Origin: the human T2T-CHM13v2.0 reference genome, Homo sapiens
Length of the DNA: 64,000 nucleotides
Strand: one strand, 5' to 3'
Assembly: GCF_009914755.1 (NCBI RefSeq)
Contig: NC_060931.1
Under the pieces are notes generated by a model. It made no database searches. It was not told where the DNA came from and was given only the letters and a program-made list of their open reading frames with translations. Shown here piece by piece: positions 53,586 through 64,000 of this stretch. Both the position numbers and the translations under genes were made by a program. Each line of letters begins with the position of its first letter. Positions within the stretch are counted from its first letter, which is position 1.

Positions 53586-56500
53586 CTTTGTGCTGTGTGT
53601 ATTCAACTCACAGAGTGGAACGTCCCTTTGCACAGAGCAGATTTGAAACACTCTTTTTGTGGAGTTTGCAAGTGGAGATTTCAAGCGATTTGATGCCAAC
53701 AGTAGAAAAGGAAATATCTTCAAATAGAAACTAGACAGAATCATTCTCAGAAACTACTTTGTGATGTGTGCCTTCAACTCACAGAGTTTAACCTTTCTTT
53801 TCTTAGAGCAGTTTAGAAACACTCTGCTTGTTATGTCTGCAAGTGGATATTTGGACCTCTTTGAGGCCTTCGTTGCAAACGGGGTTTCTTCCTTTCATGC
53901 TAGACTAAGAAGAGTTCTCAGTAACTTTTTTGTGTTGTGTGTATTCAACTCACAGAGTTGAACCTTGCTTTAGAGAGAGCAGATTTGAAACACTCTTGCT
54001 GTGGCATTTTCAGGTGGAGATTTCAAGCGATTTGAGGACAATTGCAGAAAAGGAAATATCTTCGTATAATAACCAGACAGAATGATTCTCAGAAAGTGCT
54101 TTGTGATGTGTGCGTTCAACTCACAGAGTTTAACCTTTCTTTTCATAGAGGAGTTTGGAAACACACTGTTTGTAAAGTCTGCAAGTGGATACATGGACCT
54201 GTTTGAGGCCTTCGTTGGAAACGGGATTTCTTCATTGAATGCTAGACGGAAGAATTCTCAGTAAATTCTTTGTGTTGTGTACATTCAACTCACAGAGTGG
54301 AACGTCCCTTTAGACAGAGCAGATTTGAAACACTCTTTTTGCGGAATTTGCAAGTGGAGATTTCTAGCCATTTGATGCCAACAGTAGAAAGGGAAATATC
54401 TTCAAATAAAAACCAGACAGAATCATTCTCAGAAAATTCTTTGTGATGTGTGCGTTCAACTCACATAGTTTAACCTTTCTTTTCATAGAGCAGTTTGGAA
54501 ACACTCTGTTTGTAAAGTCTGCAAGTGGATATATGGACCGCATTGAGGCCTTCGTTGGAAACGGGATTTCTTCATTTCATGCTAGACAGAAGAATTCTCA
54601 GTAACTTCTTTGTGCTGTGTGTATTCAACTCACAGAGTGGAACGTCCCTTTACACAGAGCAGATTTGAAACACTCTTTTTGTGGAGTTTGCAAGTGGAGA
54701 TTTCAAGCGATTTGATGCCAACAGTAGAAAAGGAAATATCTTCAAATAAAAACTAGACAGAATCATTCTCAGAAACTACTTTGTGATGTGTGCCTTCAAC
54801 TCACAGAGTTTAACCTTTCTTTTCTTAGAGCAGTTTAGAAACACTCTGCTTGTTATGTCTGCAAGTGGATATTTGGACCTCTTTGAGGCCTTCGTTGCAA
54901 ACGGGGTTTCTTCCTTTCATGCTAGACTAAGAAGAGTTCTCAGTAACTTTTTTGTGTTGTGTGTATTCAACTCACAGAGTTGAACCTTGCTTTAGAGAGA
55001 GCAGATTTGAAACACTCTTGCTGTGGCATTTTCAGGTGGAGATTTCAAGCGATTTGAGGACAATTGCAGAAAAGGAAATATCTTCGTATAATAACCAGAC
55101 AGAATCATTCTCAGAAAGTGCTTTGTGATGTGTGCGTTCAACTCACAGAGTTTAACCTTTCTTTTCATAGAGGAGTTTGGAAACACACTGTTTGTAAGGA
55201 CTGCAAGTGGATATATGGACCTGTTTGAGGCCTTCGTTGGAAACGGGATTTCTTCATTGAATGCTAGACGGAAGAATTCTCAGTAAATTCTTTGTGTTGT
55301 GTGCATTCAACTCACAGAGTGGAACGTCCCTTTAGACAGAGCAGATTTGAAACACTCTTTTTGCGGAATTTGCAAGTGGAGATTTCTAGCCATTTGATGC
55401 CAACAGGAGAAAGGGAAATATCTTCAAATAAAAACCAGACAGAATCATTCTCAGCAAATTCTTTGTGATGTGTGCGTTCAACTCACATAGTTTAACCTTT
55501 CTTTTCATAGAGCAGTTTGGAAACACTCTGTTTGTAAAGTCTGCAAGTGGATATATGGACCGCACTGAGGCCTTCGTTGGAAACGGGATTTCTTCATTTC
55601 ATGCTAGACAGAAGAATTCTCAGTAACTTCTTTGTGCTGTGTGTATTCAACTCACAGAGTGGAACGTCCCTTTGCACAGAGCAGATTTGAAACACTCTTT
55701 TTGTGGAGTTTGCAAGTGGAGATTTCAAGCGATTTGATGCCAACAGTAGAAAAGGAAATATCTTCAAATAAAAACTAGACAGAATCATTCTCAGAAACTA
55801 CTTTGTGATGTGTGCCTTCAACTCACAGAGTTCAACCTTTCTTTTCTTAGAGCAGTTTAGAAACACTCTGCTTGTTATGTCTGCAAGTGGATATTTGGAC
55901 CTCTTTGAGGCCTTCGTTGCAAACGGGGTTTCTTCCTTTCATGCTAGACTAAGAAGAGTTCTCAGTAACTTTTTTGTGTTGTGTGTATTCAACTCACAGA
56001 GTTGAACCTTGCTTTAGAGAGAGCAGATTTGAAACACTCTTGCTGTGGCATTTTCAGGTGGAGATTTCAAGCGATTTGAGGACAATTGCAGAAAAGGAAA
56101 TATCTTCGTATAATAACCAGACAGAATCATTCTCAGAAAGTGCTTTGTGATGTGTGCGTTCAACTCACAGAGTTTAACCTTTCTTTTCATAGAGGAGTTT
56201 GGAAACACACTGTTTGTAAAGTCTGCAAGTGGATACATGGACCTGTTTGAGGCCTTCGTTGGAAACGGGATTTCTTCATTGAATGCTAGACGGAAGAATT
56301 CTCAGTAAATTCTTTGTGTTGTGTGCATTCAACTCACAGAGTGGAACGTCCCTTTAGACAGAGCAGATTTGAAACACTCTTTTTGCGGAATTTGCAAGTG
56401 GAGATTTCTAGCCATTTGATGCCAACAGTAGAAAGGGAAATATCTTCAAATAAAAACCAGACAGAATCATTCTCAGAAAATTCTTTGTGATGTGTGCGTT

Positions 56501-59500
56501 CAACTCACATAGTTTAACCTTTCTTTTCATAGAGCAGTTTGGAAACACTCTGTTTGTAAAGTCTGCAAGTGGATATATGGACCGCATTGAGGCCTTCGTT
56601 GGAAACGGGATTTCTTCATTTCATGCTAGACAGAAGAATTCTCAGTAACTTCTTTGTGCTGTGTGTATTCAACTCACAGAGTGGAACGTCCCTTTGCACA
56701 GAGCAGATTTGAAACACTCTTTTTGTGGAGTTTGCAAGTGGAGATTTCAAGCGATTTGATGCCAACAGTAGAAAAGGAAATATCTTCAAATAAAAACTAG
56801 ACAGAATCATTCTCAGAAACTACTTTGTGATGTGTGCCTTCAACTCACAGAGTTTAACCTTTCTTTTCTTAGAGCAGTTTAGAAACACTCTGCTTGTTAT
56901 GTCTGCAAGTGGATATTTGGACCTCTTTGAGGCCTTCGTTGCAAACGGGGTTTCTTCCTTTCATGCTAGACTAAGAAGAGTTCTCAGTAACTTTTTTGTG
57001 TTGTGTGTATTCAACTCACAGAGTTGAACCTTGCTTTAGAGAGAGCAGATTTGAAACACTCTTGCTGTGGCATTTTCAGGTGGAGATTTCAAGCGATTTG
57101 AGGACAATTGCAGAAAAGGAAATATCTTCGTATAATAACCAGACAGAATCATTCTCAGAAAGTGCTTTGTGATGTGTGCGTTCAACTCACAGAGTTTAAC
57201 CTTTCTTTTCATAGAGGAGTTTGGAAACACACTGTTTGTAAAGTCTGCAAGTGGATACATGGACCTGTTTGAGGCCTTCGTTGGAAACGGGATTTCTTCA
57301 TTGAATGCTAGACGGAAGAATTCTCAGTAAATTCTTTGTGTTGTGTGCATTCAACTCACAGAGTGGAACGTCCCTTTAGACAGAGCAGATTTGAAACACT
57401 CTTTTTGCGGAATTTGCAAGTGGAGATTTCTAGCCATTTGATGCCAACAGTAGAAAGGGAAATATCTTCAAATAAAAACCAGACAGAATCATTCTCAGCA
57501 AATTCTTTGTGATGTGTGCGTTCAACTCACATAGTTTAACCTTTCTTTTCATAGAGCAGTTTGGAAACACTCTGTTTGTAAAGTCTGCAAGTGGATATAT
57601 GGACCGCATTGAGGCCTTCGTTGGAAACGGGATTTCTTCATTTCATGCTAGACAGAAGAATTCTCAGTAACTTCTTTGTGCTGTGTGTATTCAACTCACA
57701 GAGTGGAACGTCCCTTTACACAGAGCAGATTTGAAACACTCTTTTTGTGGAGTTTGCAAGTGGAGATTTCAAGCGATTTGATGCCAACAGTAGAAAAGGA
57801 AATATCTTCAAATAAAAACTAGACAGAATCATTCTCAGAAACTACTTTGTGATGTGTGCCTTCAACTCACAGAGTTTAACCTTTCTTTTCTTAGAGCAGT
57901 TTAGAAACACTCTGCTTGTTATGTCTGCAAGTGGATATTTGGACCTCTTTGAGGCCTTCGTTGCAAACGGGGTTTCTTCCTTTCATGCTAGACTAAGAAG
58001 AGTTCTCAGTAACTTTTTTGTGTTGTGTGTATTCAACTCACAGAGTTGAACCTTGCTTTAGAGAGAGCAGATTTGAAACACTCTTGCTGTGGCATTTTCA
58101 GGTGGAGATTTCAAGCGATTTGAGGACAATTGCAGAAAAGGAAATATCTTCGTATAATAACCAGACAGAATCATTCTCAGAAAGTGCTTTGTGATGTGTG
58201 CGTTCAACTCACAGAGTTTAACCTTTCTTTTCATAGAGGAGTTTGGAAACACACTGTTTGTAAAGTCTGCAAGTGGATACATGGACCTGTTTGAGGCCTT
58301 CGTTGGAAACGGGATTTCTTCATTGAATGCTAGACGGAAGAATTCTCAGTAAATTCTTTGTGTTGTGTGCATTCAACTCACAGAGTGGAACGTCCCTTTA
58401 GACAGAGCAGATTTGAAACACTCTTTTTGCGGAATTTGCAAGTGGAGATTTCTAGCCATTTGATGCCAACAGTAGAAAGGGAAATATCTTCAAATAAAAA
58501 CCAGACAGAATCATTCTCAGAAAATTCTTTGTGATGTGTGCGTTCAACTCACATAGTTTAACCTTTCTTTTCATAGAGCAGTTTGGAAACACTCTGTTTG
58601 TAAAGTCTGCAAGTGGATATATGGACCGCATTGAGGCCTTCGTTGGAAACGGGATTTCTTCATTTCATGCTAGACAGAAGAATTCTCAGTAACTTCTTTG
58701 TGCTGTGTGTATTCAACTCACAGAGTGGAACGTCCCTTTGCACAGAGCAGATTTGAAACACTCTTTTTGTGGAGTTTGCAAGTGGAGATTTCAAGCGATT
58801 TGATGCCAACAGTAGAAAAGGAAATATCTTCAAATAGAAACTAGACAGAATCATTCTCAGAAACTACTTTGTGATGTGTGCCTTCAACTCACAGAGTTTA
58901 ACCTTTCTTTTCTTAGAGCAGTTTAGAAACACTCTGCTTGTTATGTCTGCAAGTGGATATTTGGACCTCTTTGAGGCCTTCGTTGCAAACGGGGTTTCTT
59001 CCTTTCATGCTAGACTAAGAAGAGTTCTCAGTAACTTTTTTGTGTTGTGTGTATTCAACTCACAGAGTTGAACCTTGCTTTAGAGAGAGCAGATTTGAAA
59101 CACTCTTGCTGTGGCATTTTCAGGTGGAGATTTCAAGCGATTTGAGGACAATTGCAGAAAAGGAAATATCTTCGTATAATAACCAGACAGAATGATTCTC
59201 AGAAAGTGCTTTGTGATGTGTGCGTTCAACTCAGAGAGTTTAACCTTTCTTTTCATAGAGGAGTTTGGAAACACACTGTTTGTAAAGTCTGCAAGTGGAT
59301 ACATGGACCTGTTTGAGGCCTTCGTTGGAAACGGGATTTCTTCATTGAATGCTAGACGGAAGAATTCTCAGTAAATTCTTTGTGTTGTGTACATTCAACT
59401 CACAGAGTGGAACGTCCCTTTAGACAGAGCAGATTTGAAACACTCTTTTTGCGGAATTTGCAAGTGGAGATTTCTAGCCATTTGATGCCAACAGTAGAAA

Positions 59501-61805
59501 GGGAAATATCTTCAAATAAAAACCAGACAGAATCATTCTCAGAAAATTCTTTGTGATGTGTGCGTTCAACTCACATAGTTTAACCTTTCTTTTCATAGAG
59601 CAGTTTGGAAACACTCTGTTTGTAAAGTCTGCAAGTGGATATATGGACCGCATTGAGGCCTTCGTTGGAAACGGGATTTCTTCATTTCATGCTAGACAGA
59701 AGAATTCTCAGTAACTTCTTTGTGCTGTGTGTATTCAACTCACAGAGTGGAACGTCCCTTTACACAGAGCAGATTTGAAACACTCTTTTTGTGGAGTTTG
59801 CAAGTGGAGATTTCAAGCGATTTGATGCCAACAGTAGAAAAGGAAATATCTTCAAATAAAAACTAGACAGAATCATTCTCAGAAACTACTTTGTGATGTG
59901 TGCCTTCAACTCACAGAGTTTAACCTTTCTTTTCTTAGAGCAGTTTAGAAACACTCTGCTTGTTATGTCTGCAAGTGGATATTTGGACCTCTTTGAGGCC
60001 TTCGTTGCAAACGGGGTTTCTTCCTTTCATGCTAGACTAAGAAGAGTTCTCAGTAACTTTTTTGTGTTGTGTGTATTCAACTCACAGAGTTGAACCTTGC
60101 TTTAGAGAGAGCAGATTTGAAACACTCTTGCTGTGGCATTTTCAGGTGGAGATTTCAAGCGATTTGAGGACAATTGCAGAAAAGGAAATATCTTCGTATA
60201 ATAACCAGACAGAATCATTCTCAGAAAGTGCTTTGTGATGTGTGCGTTCAACTCACAGAGTTTAACCTTTCTTTTCATAGAGGAGTTTGGAAACACACTG
60301 TTTGTAAGGACTGCAAGTGGATATATGGACCTGTTTGAGGCCTTCGTTGGAAACGGGATTTCTTCATTGAATGCTAGACGGAAGAATTCTCAGTAAATTC
60401 TTTGTGTTGTGTGCATTCAACTCACAGAGTGGAACGTCCCTTTAGACAGAGCAGATTTGAAACACTCTTTTTGCGGAATTTGCAAGTGGAGATTTCTAGC
60501 CATTTGATGCCAACAGTAGAAAGGGAAATATCTTCAAATAAAAACCAGACAGAATCATTCTCAGAAAATTCTTTGTGATGTGTGCGTTCAACTCACATAG
60601 TTTAACCTTTCTTTTCATAGAGCAGTTTGGAAACACTCTGTTTGTAAAGTCTGCAAGTGGATATATGGACCGCACTGAGGCCTTCGTTGGAAACGGGATT
60701 TCTTCATTTCATGCTAGACAGAAGAATTCTCAGTAACTTCTTTGTGCTGTGTGTATTCAACTCAGAGAGTGGAACGTCCCTTTGCACAGAGCAGATTTGA
60801 AACACTCTTTTTGTGGAGTTTGCAAGTGGAGATTTCAAGCGATTTGATGCCAACAGTAGAAAAGGAAATATCTTCAAATAAAAACTAGACAGAATCATTC
60901 TCAGAAACTACTTTGTGATGTGTGCCTTCAACTCACAGAGTTCAACCTTTCTTTTCTTAGAGCAGTTTAGAAACACTCTGCTTGTTATGTCTGCAAGTGG
61001 ATATTTGGACCTCTTTGAGGCCTTCGTTGCAAACGGGGTTTCTTCCTTTCATGCTAGACTAAGAAGAGTTCTCAGTAACTTTTTTGTGTTGTGTGTATTC
61101 AACTCACAGAGTTGAACCTTGCTTTAGAGAGAGCAGATTTGAAACACTCTTGCTGTGGCATTTTCAGGTGGAGATTTCAAGCGATTTGAGGACAATTGCA
61201 GAAAAGGAAATATCTTCGTATAATAACCAGACAGAATCATTCTCAGAAAGTGCTTTGTGATGTGTGCGTTCAACTCACAGAGTTTAACCTTTCTTTTCAT
61301 AGAGGAGTTTGGAAACACACTGTTTGTAAAGTCTGCAAGTGGATACATGGACCTGTTTGAGGCCTTCGTTGGAAACGGGATTTCTTCATTGAATGCTAGA
61401 CGGAAGAATTCTCAGTAAATTCTTTGTGTTGTGTGCATTCAACTCACAGAGTGGAACGTCCCTTTAGACAGAGCAGATTTGAAACACTCTTTTTGCGGAA
61501 TTTGCAAGTGGAGATTTCTAGCCATTTGATGCCAACAGTAGAAAGGGAAATATCTTCAAATAAAAACCAGACAGAATCATTCTCAGAAAATTCTTTGTGA
61601 TGTGTGCGTTCAACTCACATAGTTTAACCTTTCTTTTCATAGAGCAGTTTGGAAACACTCTGTTTGTAAAGTCTGCAAGTGGATATATGGACCGCATTGA
61701 GGCCTTCGTTGGAAACGGGATTTCTTCATTTCATGCTAGACAGAAGAATTCTCAGTAACTTCTTTGTGCTGTGTGTATTCAACTCACAGAGTGGAACGTC
61801 CCTTT
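52609..61805 (+). repeat. Duplicated ~4.1-kb block (52609-56695 and 57719-61805; offset 5110 bp = 5 HORs)
   Basis: Markers seen only here: 53727/58837 (A>G), 54084/59194 (C>G), 54281/59391 (G>A), 55565/60675 (T>C). Confidence 0.85.
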
Positions 61806-64000
61806 ACACAGAGCAGATTTGAAACACTCTTTTTGTGGAGTTTGCAAGTGGAGATTTCAAGCGATTTGATGCCAACAGTAGAAAAGGAAATATCTTCAAA
61901 TAAAAACTAGACAGAATCATTCTCAGAAACTACTTTGTGATGTGTGCCTTCAACTCACAGAGTTTAACCTTTCTTTTCTTAGAGCAGTTTAGAAACACTC
62001 TGCTTGTTATGACTGCAAGTGGATATTTGGACCTCTTTGAGGCCTTCGTTGCAAACGGGGTTTCTTCCTTTCATGCTAGACTAAGAAGAGTTCTCAGTAA
62101 CTTTTTTGTGTTGTGTGTATTCAACTCACAGAGTTGAACCTTGCTTTAGAGAGAGCAGATTTGAAACACTCTTGCTGTGGCATTTTCAGGTGGAGATTTC
62201 AAGCGATTTGAGGACAATTGCAGAAAAGGAAATATCTTCGTATAATAACCAGACAGAATCATTCTCAGAAAGTGCTTTGTGATGTGTGCGTTCAACTCAC
62301 AGAGTTTAACCTTTCTTTTCATAGAGGAGTTTGGAAACACACTGTTTGTAAGGACTGCAAGTGGATATATGGACCTGTTTGAGGCCTTCGTTGGAAACGG
62401 GATTTCTTCATTGAATGCTAGACGGAAGAATTCTCAGTAAATTCTTTGTGTTGTGTGCATTCAACTCACAGAGTGGAACGTCCCTTTAGACACAGCAGAT
62501 TTGAAACACTCTTTTTGCGGAATTTGCAAGTGGAGATTTCTAGCCATTTGATGCCAACAGTAGAAAGGGAAATATCTTCAAATAAAAACCAGACAGAATC
62601 ATTCTCAGCAAATTCTTTGTGATGTGTGCGTTCAACTCACATAGTTTAACCTTTCTTTTCATAGAGCAGTTTGGAAACACTCTGTTTGTAAAGTCTGCAA
62701 GTGGATATATGGACCGCATTGAGGCCTTCGTTGGAAACGGGATTTCTTCATTTCATGCTAGACAGAAGAATTCTCAGTAACTTCTTTGTGCTGTGTGTAT
62801 TCAACTCACAGAGTGGAACGTCCCTTTGCACAGAGCAGATTTGAAACACTCTTTTTGTGGAGTTTGCAAGTGGAGATTTCAAGCGATTTGATGCCAACAG
62901 TAGAAAAGGAAATATCTTCAAATAAAAACTAGACAGAATCATTCTCAGAAACTACTTTGTGATGTGTGCCTTCAACTCACAGAGTTCAACCTTTCTTTTC
63001 TTAGAGCAGTTTAGAAACACTCTGCTTGTTATGTCTGCAAGTGGATATTTGGACCTCTTTGAGGCCTTCGTTGCAAACGGGGTTTCTTCCTTTCATGCTA
63101 GACTAAGAAGAGTTCTCAGTAACTTTTTTGTGTTGTGTGTATTCAACTCACAGAGTTGAACCTTGCTTTAGAGAGAGCAGATTTGAAACACTCTTGCTGT
63201 GGCATTTTCAGGTGGAGATTTCAAGCGATTTGAGGACAATTGCAGAAAAGGAAATATCTTCGTATAATAACCAGACAGAATCATTCTCAGAAAGTGCTTT
63301 GTGATGTGTGCGTTCAACTCACAGAGTTTAACCTTTCTTTTCATAGAGTAGTTTGGAAACACACTGTTTGTAAAGTCTACAAGTGGATACATGGACCTGT
63401 TTGAGGTCTTCGTTGGAAACGGGATTTCTTCATTGAATGCTAGACGGAAGAATTCTCAGTAAATTCTTTGTGTTGTGTGCATTCAACTCACAGAGTGGAA
63501 CGTCCCTTTAGACACAGCAGATTTGAAACACTCTTTTTGCGGAATTTGCAAGTGGAGATTTCTAGCCATTTGATGCCAACAGTAGAAAGGGAAATATCTT
63601 CAAATAAAAACCAGACAGAATCATTCTCAGAAAATTCTTTGTGATGTGTGCGTTCAACTCACATAGTTTAACCTTTCTTTTCATAGAGCAGTTTGGAAAC
63701 ACTCTGTTTGTAAAGTCTGCAAGTGGATATATGGACCGCATTGAGGCCTTCGTTGGAAACGGGATTTCTTCATTTCATGCTAGACAGAAGAATTCTCAGT
63801 AACTTCTTTGTGCTGTGTGTATTCAACTCACAGAGTGGAACGTCCCTTTGCACAGAGCAGATTTGAAACACTCTTTTTGTGGAGTTTGCAAGTGGAGATT
63901 TCAAGCGATTTGATGCCAACAGTAGAAAAGGAAATATCTTCAAATAAAAACTAGACAGAATCATTCTCAGAAACTACTTTGTGATGTGTGCCTTCAACTC

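Larger units (their letters stand above)
1..64000 (+). repeat. Centromeric alpha-satellite higher-order repeat array: 1022-bp 6-mer HOR, ~62 copies, suprachromosomal family 1 (J1/J2 dimeric); probably human chr7 D7Z1 (S1C7H1L)
   Basis: Seen: ~171-bp monomers starting CATTCTCAG/AATTCTCAG with alphoid motifs (TTCAACTCACAGAG, TTTGAAACACTCT, GCAAGTGGA). The ORF track recurs every 1022 bp (281, 1303, 2325...). CENP-B boxes occur in every second monomer. Established: this is SF1 alphoid organisation. Inference: D7Z1, from the 6-mer length and EcoRI 340/682 pattern; confidence in the chromosome assignment is about 0.75. Confidence 0.99.

Noticed and set aside
73-63964. Three recurring 60-74 aa ORFs per HOR, plus sporadic extra ORFs
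   Set aside because: They are chance open frames in satellite DNA: many use GTG/TTG starts, they appear or vanish with single SNVs and indels, and they have no recognisable domain. Database 'proteins' resembling them are typically mis-annotated alphoid contamination.
1-64000. CRISPR-like array (regularly spaced conserved 17-bp motif)
   Set aside because: The intervening sequences are themselves near-identical repeats, not unique spacers. There are no cas genes, and the motif is the CENP-B box.
1-64000. A novel gene-encoded biological system or a microbial origin
   Set aside because: There is no non-satellite sequence anywhere in the window. If this came from a microbial or metagenomic assembly it would be human contamination.
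1-64000. Transposon insertion (L1/Alu) or strand inversion
   Set aside because: Period bookkeeping is fully explained by 1022-bp units, one +340, three -3 and two +1 events. ORF strand pattern and box orientation never flip.

Overview
The whole 64-kb window is primate (most likely human) centromeric alpha-satellite DNA in a single orientation. It is a highly homogeneous tandem array of a 1022-bp, 6-monomer higher-order repeat (HOR; monomers 171/171/169/171/169/171 bp), about 62 copies. CENP-B-box monomers alternate with pJalpha-type monomers, the dimeric J1/J2 pattern of suprachromosomal family 1. The 6-mer length and 340+682 bp EcoRI pattern fit the chromosome 7 active array D7Z1 (S1C7H1L); that assignment is from recall and has not been verified by search. 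I found no genes, RNA genes, transposon insertions, inversions or CRISPR, and the ORF track is an artefact of the repeat. I see no previously undescribed biological system. What is informative is array micro-evolution: one 8-mer structural-variant HOR with a chimeric monomer, rare indel and SNV markers revealing nested multi-HOR duplications (13 kb, 4 kb, 3 kb), a local 2-HOR super-periodicity, and identical variants at homologous positions of different monomers. Variants were read by eye, so counts may be incomplete. Labels used below: unit 1 starts at 262, and M1-M6 are my own monomer labels in order from that start.
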